The notes: generated from the letters alone by a model not told the origin. Positions 37,354 to 47,282 are shown, numbered from the stretch's first letter. The stretch: 64,000 bases of DNA from a virus (IMGVR_UViG_3300028886_000003:81331-145330); one strand, 5' to 3'. Translations and numbers: made by a program.

Positions 37354-37473
37354 TATATCACCTTTTTATTCTTCGTGATATAGAGTCAATGGCTCTATAT
37401 CATCGTCAATTTCGACAAAGAGCATAAAATGCCCTTTGCCGTTACAAATGAGAATATCTTCTTTGTTTAACAT

Positions 37474-38793
37474 TTATATCACCTCCTTATTCATTTTGCA
37501 TTCTCTTTCTTCTTCCTCTTTGAGGAATTTCTTAGAGGCTTTTAATGAAGCCTCTGTGAAGAACTCCTCCATATCTACTTCTTCTATGATGTGCTCATAG
37601 TAGAAGTAGGCATTGATACTAATCCATGCTCTCATATGGTCAAACTCTGCACCTGAAATTTGACCATTTAAGTATCTTTTGGCAATAGTATCATCTATTG
37701 CTCTTAGTGTGAGCAATATATTACCAACTGGGTGTATTTCGAGGTACTTGGTGGTATATGCCATTACCTCTACTGGATATTCTTTTTTTGCCCGATTGAA
37801 TGCTCCAAGAAGTCCATCTTGTTGCATTTCCACCACCATAATTGGTGTTTTTCTATCCATTACACTTTGTGTAATGGTTTCTTTTGTAATTTTTTCTAAT
37901 TTTTCTTCCATACTTTCACTTTTTTCTTCAACAATTTCTTTTTGTGGCAATCTAACTGTTGCCACTTTTCTAAATCCACCATATGCATCACACATATGGT
38001 CTAAGAAGTGAATTTTTACAGATAAGTCTGCATTTACTTCAATATCTGTTATTTCACCTCCACTTTTTATAATGCTCTTACATTTTTGTTCTACTAAGTC
38101 TTTAAGTTCTTTGTTCATTATTTCATCTCCATTTTCTTCTTTTAAATCTTCTTCTTCTAAGTCTTTGAGGAAGATATATTTATCTTCCTCAATGTAGCTC
38201 ACTACAAATACATTCTCTAATGTATTGAAATCGGCTCTACCAAACCGATTTAATACAATTGGAGCACCAATTGACTCCAATTCTTTTATTTTTTTGTCAG
38301 ATTGAGGGAGTACACCTAATGCCCCTTCTTCATTAAAAAGAGTAGTTGTACCATTAATAACTTTAAATCTTACAATATCACCAACATTAGCATTAGTGGA
38401 ATGATATTTAGTGCCTACAACTGTGTATGTACTCTCTACTGCCTCTGTTGGAAGAACAGAGGTTTTTTCTTCAAGTTCTACTGTGAGGATTACAAAATTC
38501 CTCACAATATCTTTAACAATTGCTTTAACAATGGTAAAACCATCATTAATTAATTGTTTAAGCTCTGAGGACAAAATAGTATCCTCAGAACATATTTTTC
38601 GTGGAATGTAGTGTGGATTTTCTGCCACACTACCTAATTTGACACCATTGGTATCTAACACTGAAAATGCATTCTGAGAGTATGTATTTTCAGAATCGAA
38701 TTCAACTACTACTTCCATATTAATATCAAAGGCACTAATGCCTTGATAGTATTTTACACCAGTTGTAATAACTTCTTTTATCATTTGCATCAC
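37474..38793 (-). CDS. tandem HIRAN-like domain protein
   Basis: TGVKYY...DSENTYSQNAFSV...KLGSV; second domain TVVGTKYH...GVLPQSDKK, paralogous to 32663-33472. Confidence 0.65.
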   Translation of the reverse strand: MMQMIKEVITTGVKYYQGISAFDINMEVVVEFDSENTYSQNAFSVLDTNGVKLGSVAENPHYIPRKICSEDTILSSELKQLINDGFTIVKAIVKDIVRNFVILTVELEEKTSVLPTEAVESTYTVVGTKYHSTNANVGDIVRFKVINGTTTLFNEEGALGVLPQSDKKIKELESIGAPIVLNRFGRADFNTLENVFVVSYIEEDKYIFLKDLEEEDLKEENGDEIMNKELKDLVEQKCKSIIKSGGEITDIEVNADLSVKIHFLDHMCDAYGGFRKVATVRLPQKEIVEEKSESMEEKLEKITKETITQSVMDRKTPIMVVEMQQDGLLGAFNRAKKEYPVEVMAYTTKYLEIHPVGNILLTLRAIDDTIAKRYLNGQISGAEFDHMRAWISINAYFYYEHIIEEVDMEEFFTEASLKASKKFLKEEEERECKMNKEVI

Positions 38794-38801
38794 TTAAAAT
38801 T

Positions 38802-38977
38802 GTTTGTTTGAGCGATATTGGACGGACTACTTGTAGTTGCTGAGGCTACAAGGTTTCCGTTCTGTATTGACACTGTGGACAGATTATTGGGTGCTTCAAG
38901 TCCAATAAAGACTCCACAGTGCCCAGAACTGAGAGAAAAGCACTCACAGTACAATTCGCCTCAGCAGCGAAGCAGGC
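38802..38977 (+). ncRNA. highly structured pseudoknotted element (ncRNA or ssDNA signal)
   Basis: Seven helices plus a loop-tail pseudoknot (TGCTGAG 38838-44 / CTCAGCA 38960-66), GC-rich against background, followed by a T-tract. Confidence 0.55.
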
Positions 38978-39067
38978 TTATTTTTTAAAATTGGTTGAAA
39001 AAATCGAGTGTCCTACTGTACTGTCCTACAATCTTGTTTAACAATATTAGAACCCAAACAATCAACC

Positions 39068-39403
39068 ATGACAGGACAAGACATAATAGAAGGAATCATA
39101 ACAAAAGCAGATTTCGGCTATGGAATGAAATACAAAGACGAAGAAAACTTATATCTAAAACTAGACATACAACAATTCGATGGATACGAATGCGTACAAT
39201 TATTGAGCGAAGAAAAAATAGGTAAACTACTATTGCAATTCAGAGGAGATTATCATGGAGAATGCTCAATATCAACATTAGTACACAGAAGAGTATACCT
39301 ACTTAATGCAGAACAAACAAATGGTGTCCCTGACGCAATAGCAAAACTACCACCATCCGAATACGTTCAATACGACTGGATATATAACGATAACTGGAAT
39401 TAA
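39068..39403 (+). CDS. hypothetical protein
   Basis: Likely start MTGQDIIEG within the track ORF 39008-39403. Confidence 0.55.
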   Translation: MTGQDIIEGIITKADFGYGMKYKDEENLYLKLDIQQFDGYECVQLLSEEKIGKLLLQFRGDYHGECSISTLVHRRVYLLNAEQTNGVPDAIAKLPPSEYVQYDWIYNDNWN

Positions 39404-39657
39404 TATTTTTTTTCATATAATAGCGTCTCACATATTTATATACCAGAACAAACAAAAATAAACACACAAAAATAAGGAGCATAAAAAATGGATGATAAAA
39501 GATATATGCAATTATTTTACATTATATTTACATTATTCACAATAGGCATTTGCCTACTTATCTTAAACAACGAAATTGGCGGATACCTATCAATAACAAT
39601 GTTTTTTGCTTTTATACTAGTTGCAACTCATAAAGCTATGTTCGGAGAGTTTTAAAA

Positions 39658-39906
39658 ATGAAAAGATACACAACAATACCAAATACAAACATCATACTTG
39701 ACAATTTAACAGGCGAAAAAATATCATTCAAAAAAAACACAATAATCAAAATACTCAATCAACTAAACGATAAAAATGATGAATTAGCCACAGAACTGTA
39801 TGATAACAAAATGGAAGAAACAGAAATACGCAGAATATTAAAAAAATACAATATCCATAATAGCAAAAAACTAGATCAATGCTTATTGAATCAAAGAACA
39901 TGGTAA
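39658..39906 (+). CDS. MTENKRF-like protein
   Basis: MKRY...ILDNLTG...ILNQLNDKNDEL. Confidence 0.55.
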   Translation: MKRYTTIPNTNIILDNLTGEKISFKKNTIIKILNQLNDKNDELATELYDNKMEETEIRRILKKYNIHNSKKLDQCLLNQRTW

Positions 39907-39940
39907 AGTATATATATGATGACAAACATAAGAAAATACA

Positions 39941-40303
39941 ATGAAATGTAATATTTGTAAAAATTATGACGGAGAAAATTGTATACATTGTTCCTTTGAA
40001 TACGATGAAAATGCATCATTCGCCAAAGATGACTGGGACATTCTCAATCTAAAAGAAGAAGATGGATGGGAACATATACAAATACTTGACAGACTGCATT
40101 ACAAAAATATTGAATGCATAATGGCAGACATATGGTATGACAACAATTTAGCATACTTAATAGGATGTAAAGCACATCCTGAAAAAATAGCTAGAGCATT
40201 AAATATTCATTCCGATGTAATATATAACGATATAGAACATGGATTATTCATAATTAACTTATTTCAAGAAAAATACATTAGAGGATTACTAAATGATAAT
40301 TAA
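39941..40303 (+). CDS. hypothetical protein with N-terminal CxxC..CxxC
   Basis: ORF track. Confidence 0.55.
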   Translation: MKCNICKNYDGENCIHCSFEYDENASFAKDDWDILNLKEEDGWEHIQILDRLHYKNIECIMADIWYDNNLAYLIGCKAHPEKIARALNIHSDVIYNDIEHGLFIINLFQEKYIRGLLNDN

Positions 40304-40498
40304 CATAATATGCCTAATAATAGGCTTCGCAACCGGAGCAGTATGCGCATACTACTACGATTACTATCGAAACATAAAAGAATTTAACAAAAGACAAGAA
40401 ATGTATAAAAAAAGAATATAAAATGCGATGACATGCAATTCTTCTCAGAGAACAAAATAATAATTAAACATGTAAAAAATCAGAATCAATTAAATAGG

Positions 40499-41707
40499 TT
40501 ATGCATTAGAATTGCATCGAGCATTAATTTCATTCTTACACAACTCTCCTAACTCAAACCAATCCTCCAACTCCTCATTACTATACAACACACGTCCTTC
40601 AGGTTCAATATCAACTTTCTCACCCAACAAATTAACACTAATAATCTTATTTTTATCAAAATCAATCTTAGGACTTTTTAAACATCTTGCTTTATCAGGA
40701 CGTTGAATACGATAACCAGACCCTGCAAAACCACCTTTAAAACAATTAACCACCAACAAACCATTAACCCCAAACCTTCTCCAATCAGCACGCAAAATAC
40801 CTTCACTTAATCCACGCACAAGAACATCACCACCAAAAAAGCCAACTGCCTCAACAATTTCCCCCCAATTCCAACAAACACGCCAAGCAGCCTTACTATG
40901 CTTGCTATGATACAATAAACCTAACCTATTAAATAAAGGATCATTACCACAATTATAAGTACCACTCCTAACACAATCAATAGCATTGCCATCTTCATCA
41001 ATTAAAAAAATACCTTCATCATTATCCTCCCAAGTCCAATACCTATTAAACTTAGTAACAACTACAGGAAAAAAAACACCTGATACAAAATCAGAAACAG
41101 GCGGCATATAAATAATAGGCAAATCAGGAATCAACTTAATATTCGTTACTTGCTTTTGATGATACAAAGTATAAATCTGACACAAAATACCAAAAATAGC
41201 ATCATCACCCTGCATTCTATAAGTTAACAAAGCACTATTAAAATCAAAATCCAAATCAGGAACCTTCATTAACGCCTCAAGATACTCTTCAAAATCAACA
41301 TTACTCTCCCACAATTCCTTCAAAGGTTCTTTAGCCCAAATAGGAAACTCCAAATTTTCAACACACTTTCTAATTTTTGTCTGATACTTATCAATATCCA
41401 TCTCAACATACTTAATCTTATGCGAAATATCTTTATAACAAAAAATCAACAAACCAAGAAAAAAAGAAACATGTTTCGAAAAATCATGATTAATACCAGC
41501 CTTAATCGATTGAAAAAGTAATCTTGCAGCAGATGCATCAATAGTAACATTAATAATGTGTCCAGCCATATTACTATTACCTCGCCTTTTCTTCATTTTA
41601 TAAACATTACCATAACCTCCGCCAAGATCATATGTCCTAAAATCACGCTTTAAAAAAGGTTTCTCAACAATATCAGCAAAATGATAAGGATTTATATATC
41701 TTGGCAT
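40499..41707 (-). CDS. hypothetical protein, possibly a degenerate ATP-dependent ligase fold
   Basis: 402-aa ORF; FPVVVTKFNR, AIDC...G....NDPLFNRLGLL, GDVLVRG...DWRRF resemble ligase motifs I, IIIa, IV and V but lack KxDG. Confidence 0.55.
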   Translation of the reverse strand: MPRYINPYHFADIVEKPFLKRDFRTYDLGGGYGNVYKMKKRRGNSNMAGHIINVTIDASAARLLFQSIKAGINHDFSKHVSFFLGLLIFCYKDISHKIKYVEMDIDKYQTKIRKCVENLEFPIWAKEPLKELWESNVDFEEYLEALMKVPDLDFDFNSALLTYRMQGDDAIFGILCQIYTLYHQKQVTNIKLIPDLPIIYMPPVSDFVSGVFFPVVVTKFNRYWTWEDNDEGIFLIDEDGNAIDCVRSGTYNCGNDPLFNRLGLLYHSKHSKAAWRVCWNWGEIVEAVGFFGGDVLVRGLSEGILRADWRRFGVNGLLVVNCFKGGFAGSGYRIQRPDKARCLKSPKIDFDKNKIISVNLLGEKVDIEPEGRVLYSNEELEDWFELGELCKNEINARCNSNA

Positions 41708-42054
41708 TATTCAATCACTCCTTGATTCTTTAATTGCTTAATATAACTATCAACAGTACGAGGATTCAAATTTAATTTATTAGCAATATCTTTTTTACTT
41801 AACCCTTGCTTAAGCAAATTAAAAGTCTGCCTAACACGAACATCACGATTCTGAGTAGGCACATCATCAATACGAGATTTATTCCCCTCAGAAATATACC
41901 TCTGTATCTTACTTCTTGTTAAACCAGTAGTTTCAGAAATAACACGCAAACTATACCCTTTTTCCCATAATTCATCAATATTATCCCAAAGAGTACCCTT
42001 CATCTTTTTATAATCTCTTCTTGCATTTTTAACTCTAGTTTCAAAATCTTCCAT
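41707..42054 (-). CDS. double helix-turn-helix DNA-binding protein
   Basis: GYSLRVISETTGLTRSKIQRYI and GLSKKDIANKLNLNPRTVDSYI. Confidence 0.8.
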   Translation of the reverse strand: MEDFETRVKNARRDYKKMKGTLWDNIDELWEKGYSLRVISETTGLTRSKIQRYISEGNKSRIDDVPTQNRDVRVRQTFNLLKQGLSKKDIANKLNLNPRTVDSYIKQLKNQGVIE

Positions 42055-42184
42055 AATACAAACCTCATTTTTTAATTATTTTTCTAAAAAATATAAAGTA
42101 GGACATATGGAAAAAAACACAAGTATAAATAACTTTAAATACTAGAAAATATATATTTAATAAGTTTAGATAAAGTGGACAAAA

Positions 42185-44047
42185 ATGGTAGAAAACAACG
42201 ATACCTCACAACAAAACACAAACAATAATAATGATAATAATCAAGCAGATTCTAACCAACAAACCCCTACATCAAGTAGTGGTTGTATATACGATAAATA
42301 TGGAAGAACACCTGATAAAAAGTATATATGTGGAATAGGTTTACCATCAGCAGGAGCAGACCAAGGTAGTGGATTTCAAAAATGTGTATTTGAAAACAAA
42401 TGCCCACATTGTGGACACGATACATTAAAATGGGGATGGAACTTCGGTGGAAGTTTTGAAGGAGCATCAGAAGGTGGAACAGCAGAAGGACACTTCTTTT
42501 GTGTACAAGCCGATGGAGGATGTGATGCAGATTACAGCGCACAAGGCCATGAACACATAGATGGATCAAGCTATAATATGACAATGGTAAGCGGCCCTAC
42601 AAAATCAACAAAAGAAGAAGCAGAACAATTAGTAGCTGGTCAATTACCTTGTGATGGAATCGGTGGAGGAACAGCAGCAGGAAATAATGGTGGAGGCAGT
42701 GCTGTAAAAATACCCGACCTAACATTTTTTGGACTTATCAGACAAATATTAGGTGCAGTAGATGGAGTATTCATAGTAGCCAACAATATGGCATTCTTAC
42801 TATCTTTTAAACAATTTTTCACATACAGAGATCAATACGAAGATCTAATACCTGAACTCAAACCAGCAGATATAGTAACAGATAGTATTGTACGTAACTG
42901 GACAACACAAGGATTATACAATTCTGTCGAAGTAACTTATGCAGATGGAATTGTCAAAATGCAACACGATGCATTAGTTGAGGTATATGGAGAAAACATT
43001 TTTTACTATGAATTTCCAGAAGATGATGAAGAAACCGCGAAGGCAAAAGCAGATGCACTTTTATCAGCACATGTGCGAGATTATTCACTCGATCTTCAAT
43101 TTAATTGCATCTATAATCCAAACATTACAGTCGGTTCATGGATAAAAATACCAAAAACATTATCAAAAGTAACAGGAGCAACCTCAAAAACAACAGGAGA
43201 AATGGCAGATGCCAAAAAAGATAAACCACGAAAAAGAAAAGGAGTAGATATTACAAATATTAATGAAGTTGTACAAGAAATCGATGATACATCAAAAACA
43301 TTTCAAAAAATCACCACAGATGATGGAGAAGAATATGAAGTAGAAATAGAGAAAAAAGAATATGAAATTTACTTTGTACAAGGATATAAACTCAAATGGA
43401 CACCAAAAAAATCACCAATAATGAGTTTACATTTAAAATATGGACCTGACACACCTGAAGACCCAATTAACGCAACAATAGGAACAGGGGGAGTACAATC
43501 AAGTGCAGGCGGTGGAGGAGGATATGGAAATGATTGCTTTTGGATTGGAGAAATTATGCCAAACAATAATGCAGAAATTAATTCATCACATACTTTAACA
43601 GAGAGTGATTTACAAAAACCTGAATTCCAACCACAACCACAACATTACGCTCCAAGATGTAAAAAAGGATCTAATTTAGATAAAGATATGCAAGGAAAAA
43701 CACCACAAGAAGTACATAATGCAGTAAGAGGGAAATTTGGATATTGTTGGTATGCTGAATCAAGTGAATTATGGCCATGTGTATCAGATATGTATGATCA
43801 AGCATGTGGAACAAATTGTGGAGATGGAGCAAGAATACTCAAATGTGCATTAGATGCAATTAATATAAAAGCATGGGGTATACACATTCATGGACATTAT
43901 TTTAACGCTGCAGAAATAGATGGTAAAGTTGTAGCACTAGACGCAACAGGGTATTACAGTTATAGTAATACAGCAGGATGGCCTGCTGGTCCAAAACCTG
44001 CAAAATGTTGTGAGCCAGGACAAGCAGATAAAGTAAGAATATTTTAG
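42185..44047 (+). CDS. virion baseplate-hub-like protein with C-terminal pseudomurein endoisopeptidase (transglutaminase-like) domain
   Basis: N-terminal CPHC..EGHFFC..CDADY domain; central YNSVEVTY..ALVEVYG..TAKAKADALL..PNITVGSWI hub-like region; C-terminal NCGD..HGHYFN..LDAT Cys-His-Asp triad. Confidence 0.7.
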   Translation: MVENNDTSQQNTNNNNDNNQADSNQQTPTSSSGCIYDKYGRTPDKKYICGIGLPSAGADQGSGFQKCVFENKCPHCGHDTLKWGWNFGGSFEGASEGGTAEGHFFCVQADGGCDADYSAQGHEHIDGSSYNMTMVSGPTKSTKEEAEQLVAGQLPCDGIGGGTAAGNNGGGSAVKIPDLTFFGLIRQILGAVDGVFIVANNMAFLLSFKQFFTYRDQYEDLIPELKPADIVTDSIVRNWTTQGLYNSVEVTYADGIVKMQHDALVEVYGENIFYYEFPEDDEETAKAKADALLSAHVRDYSLDLQFNCIYNPNITVGSWIKIPKTLSKVTGATSKTTGEMADAKKDKPRKRKGVDITNINEVVQEIDDTSKTFQKITTDDGEEYEVEIEKKEYEIYFVQGYKLKWTPKKSPIMSLHLKYGPDTPEDPINATIGTGGVQSSAGGGGGYGNDCFWIGEIMPNNNAEINSSHTLTESDLQKPEFQPQPQHYAPRCKKGSNLDKDMQGKTPQEVHNAVRGKFGYCWYAESSELWPCVSDMYDQACGTNCGDGARILKCALDAINIKAWGIHIHGHYFNAAEIDGKVVALDATGYYSYSNTAGWPAGPKPAKCCEPGQADKVRIF

Positions 44048-44055
44048 GTGAAAAA

Positions 44056-45606
44056 ATGGAAGCAATGACAATGGAAGAATTTATTTTTAAATGTAAAGAC
44101 GATATTGTATTTTTTGCAGAAAATATGATTAGATCTGAAGATGGAGGGTTTTACACCTTAGAAGACCACCAAAAAGCAATGGTAACATCTAAAGAACCAC
44201 AAGTAGTATATTTCTGTGGTAGACGTCTTGGTAAATCTTTTATGTTAGCAATTGAATGTATTCATAGAGCATTATTCTTCCCATATCAGAGAGTTTTTGT
44301 TTTATCTCCTACAGAAACACAGGCAAAAGAATTGGCAGAAACAATATCCGGAATGATTGATAGATCAGCAGTAATCGAAAGAGATTTAATTACAAATAAC
44401 GTAATGGAAAAGAAATTTAAAAATGGTTCACGTATAGTAATCAGAACTGGTGGAGGAAAAGGAAACGTATCATCAGTAATCGGTTCAGGTGCTAACTTAC
44501 TAATTATTGACGAGATTCAAGATGTTGATGATGGAATTATTAACAAAATTATCCCAGTTATGCGTGGACAAAAAGGAGATTCAAAATTTATCGTAGCAGG
44601 AACTCCAAGGGCAAAAGTAGGTTTTCTCTTTGAAGCTTTGCAAAATGCACCAAAAATATGGAATAATGGAACATGGGAAGAATACCCTAATAATACTGGT
44701 AATTTTATTGTTTATAAAAAACAAACCGCATATTTAAATGATGAAGAAGAGGTTATAGCTTCCGGTACACCACGTATTACAATAGATGAATTAAAGCAAG
44801 ATTATAAAAATATTGGAGCAATTGACTTTAAACAAGAATATTGTCTTAAATTTATGTCAAGTGTTACAGATGTATATCCTCTTGAATTACAGCAAAAAAT
44901 TCTCTACGATGATGGTTTGAAAGATAGATTCAAATCAAATAAGTTATGTGTATATGGAGTTGATATGGGGCAAACAAGAAATAACACTGTAATCTATGTA
45001 GGAGAAGTCGGAGATGAGCATGACTCAATTGAAAGATCATTAGACATAAAATACAAATGGGAATTTCCTTTAGGCACAGACTATGGATATATTGAAGATT
45101 TTATAGTTGAAGAATTACCAAAACGCTTCCCTAATATACGAAGAGGAGTATTTGATGCAAGTGGTGTTGGTAAATCAGTTTATGAAAGAGTAGCAAAAAG
45201 AGTAAAAAAGACAACAAGACCCTACGAGGTAGAAGAATTTATATTTTCCGAAAGAACTAAAACAGATTTAGTTGAATTTGGTGTAAGTGCAATGACACAA
45301 GGTAAAGTAAAAGTAAAATGGTCAAAAAGATTACAAGAAGAAATGACAGGATATAAGAGAGAAAGATCCCAACACGATAATAAAAAATTTAAATACGAAA
45401 AAGGGTCGGGATCAGATGATTATATCGACGCAATGAATTTATGTATTTATAATATGGCATTAGGCTTAAATTTTAAGCCCCCAATAATTGTTAGAAAAGT
45501 ACCAAAAGCAATAAATAGAAAATTTGGTGATAAAAAATGGAGCAGACAAAACAAACGTCCACAAAAAGGCAAGAAAGTAATGAACATCCCAAGAAGAAGG
45601 TTATAA
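44056..45606 (+). CDS. terL: terminase large subunit
   Basis: Walker A GRRLGKS, Walker B LLIIDEIQD, GTP coupling motif, nuclease GVDMG and DDYIDA. Confidence 0.92.
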   Translation: MEAMTMEEFIFKCKDDIVFFAENMIRSEDGGFYTLEDHQKAMVTSKEPQVVYFCGRRLGKSFMLAIECIHRALFFPYQRVFVLSPTETQAKELAETISGMIDRSAVIERDLITNNVMEKKFKNGSRIVIRTGGGKGNVSSVIGSGANLLIIDEIQDVDDGIINKIIPVMRGQKGDSKFIVAGTPRAKVGFLFEALQNAPKIWNNGTWEEYPNNTGNFIVYKKQTAYLNDEEEVIASGTPRITIDELKQDYKNIGAIDFKQEYCLKFMSSVTDVYPLELQQKILYDDGLKDRFKSNKLCVYGVDMGQTRNNTVIYVGEVGDEHDSIERSLDIKYKWEFPLGTDYGYIEDFIVEELPKRFPNIRRGVFDASGVGKSVYERVAKRVKKTTRPYEVEEFIFSERTKTDLVEFGVSAMTQGKVKVKWSKRLQEEMTGYKRERSQHDNKKFKYEKGSGSDDYIDAMNLCIYNMALGLNFKPPIIVRKVPKAINRKFGDKKWSRQNKRPQKGKKVMNIPRRRL

Positions 45607-46958
45607 AAAAGAAAGATTTAGTAATAAGTTCTAAAGGCAAAAATAGACCAATAGCTACTTTTGCTGGTGATGTAAAAAAATACGAAGAACAAACATATTC
45701 TCAAAAATTTACTGCATATACAGACATATATGGATCACAAGATTTAGATTATGACTTAATTGACGGTCTTTATCATTCAACTATTCTTAATCGTGTATTA
45801 AGAAAAATTGCATCAGATGCTGTACCTGAAATGTTTAAACTACAAGTTGTAGATTCAGAAGGTAAAAGAATTGAAGAAATTGAAGAAGCATGTGCAATAT
45901 ATACAGCAAGATTAAAAAGAAAGCATATAAAACAATTATATTTGCAAGCACTAAAATATGGAACATCATTCCTTTACATAGGTAAAAAAGAAGAAGATAT
46001 GCTATCTAATTTATTTTTATTACATCCTAAAAACATGGAACCTATAATGGATGAAGGTGAAGGAGAAATTGAAGGATGGAAATACAGAGGAAAAGATGGA
46101 GATATAGAGATACCTGCTGAAGAAATCATACATTTTCCATATGATGCTGATATCGGAGAAGTATTTGGAATGTCTTTTCTAGGAAGATTAGTGCAAACAT
46201 TACATTTAATGCTCAATACAGAACTTAATTTAGCAGAAATTGTTGACAAATTTGCACTTCCAATTTTACAATGGTTAATTGAAGTAGGAGATGATGAAGA
46301 ATTACAAGAAGAAGAATTACAAGGAATTGTTGATTCATTAGAAAATCAATTAGAATATTCTAACGATGTTGTTACAACAAATAGAATAACTACCGATACT
46401 ATTGGTTTTGCACAAAGTCAATATGATATGGTCCCTGTATTACAATCAATAAAAGAATCATTTGGTCTTTTAACCTTCCCTATGTCATTAATTGGTGGAA
46501 AAGCTGATAACTTATCTGCAATTAAAACACAAGCAGCGCAATATATAAATGACCTAAAAGATTTACAAATGGACCTAAGTGATATTTTAATAGAACAATT
46601 ATATGAGCCTTTTATTGAGCAAGAACTTAATAAGATACCAGGGCAAGATTATGCTAATATTTATTTAATTTTCCCTACATTAACAACAGAATCTAATGCA
46701 GATGTAGCTACATGGCTGTTCCCAGCAATTAGACATGGGTTAATATCACGTGATGAAGCAAGATCACAACTATCATTCAGAGGAAAAGCATTACCAGTTG
46801 AAGAACTTGAATTTATTGATGACTCATGGATTGAAGCAGTAGAGGCTAACATTGCATCAGCACAACAAACAGGAGATTACACAGACCCAACTAAACCTAA
46901 TGAACCAAAAAATAGGTCAGGAAAAGGTGATGGAAAAGATACAAAAAATGAACCATAG
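45537..46958 (+). CDS. portal protein
   Basis: Position after TerL; ALKYGTSFL, LHPKNM, EIIHF...GMSFL, ISRDEAR portal-like motifs. Confidence 0.85.
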   Translation: MEQTKQTSTKRQESNEHPKKKVIKKKDLVISSKGKNRPIATFAGDVKKYEEQTYSQKFTAYTDIYGSQDLDYDLIDGLYHSTILNRVLRKIASDAVPEMFKLQVVDSEGKRIEEIEEACAIYTARLKRKHIKQLYLQALKYGTSFLYIGKKEEDMLSNLFLLHPKNMEPIMDEGEGEIEGWKYRGKDGDIEIPAEEIIHFPYDADIGEVFGMSFLGRLVQTLHLMLNTELNLAEIVDKFALPILQWLIEVGDDEELQEEELQGIVDSLENQLEYSNDVVTTNRITTDTIGFAQSQYDMVPVLQSIKESFGLLTFPMSLIGGKADNLSAIKTQAAQYINDLKDLQMDLSDILIEQLYEPFIEQELNKIPGQDYANIYLIFPTLTTESNADVATWLFPAIRHGLISRDEARSQLSFRGKALPVEELEFIDDSWIEAVEANIASAQQTGDYTDPTKPNEPKNRSGKGDGKDTKNEP

Positions 46959-46966
46959 GTGATTTT

Positions 46967-47203
46967 ATGAGTAAACCAGGAATTAATTCATATAAAAAAG
47001 CATATCAAACGATTGAAGAAGGCCTTGCAATAAAAAAAGAAGCTTCCTCAATGGAGTTATTAAGTTGGCTTATAGATAATTATAATATTAACTCACTTAA
47101 TGTAACAACTAAAGGTATTACATATTATCTAAAACAGCAAGGATATAAAAAACATAGACGTTATGAAACTAAACCGTGGATATTCCATATAGAAAAAGAG
47201 TAA
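46967..47203 (+). CDS. small putative winged-helix protein
   Basis: AGGTGA RBS, basic helical pattern. Confidence 0.55.
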   Translation: MSKPGINSYKKAYQTIEEGLAIKKEASSMELLSWLIDNYNINSLNVTTKGITYYLKQQGYKKHRRYETKPWIFHIEKE

Positions 47204-47282
47204 AAAAATATTATTTTAAATATATTAGAAAGATTATTTTTATTTAGCTTAAATATAAGCTAAATTTTTGGAGAAAGTAACT

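Noticed and set aside
38802-38980. RNase P, hammerhead, group I intron or IscB omegaRNA identity for the structured element
   Set aside because: Only isolated words match (GAAGCAGGCTTA, CTGAGAG, TAGTCC, TAGCCTCAG); the required partner motifs and their order are missing.
39009-42105. TGTCCTAC x2 (39009, 39022) with an inverted copy at 42098 as invertible-segment ends
   Set aside because: An 8-mer is expected about once by chance in this window (another copy lies inside an ORF at ~13806) and no invertase is present; it may still be an operator.
47242-47265. Perfect palindrome ATTTAGCTTA-AATA-TAAGCTAAAT upstream of the protease gene
   Set aside because: Plausible operator or hairpin, but a single AT-rich instance with no further support.
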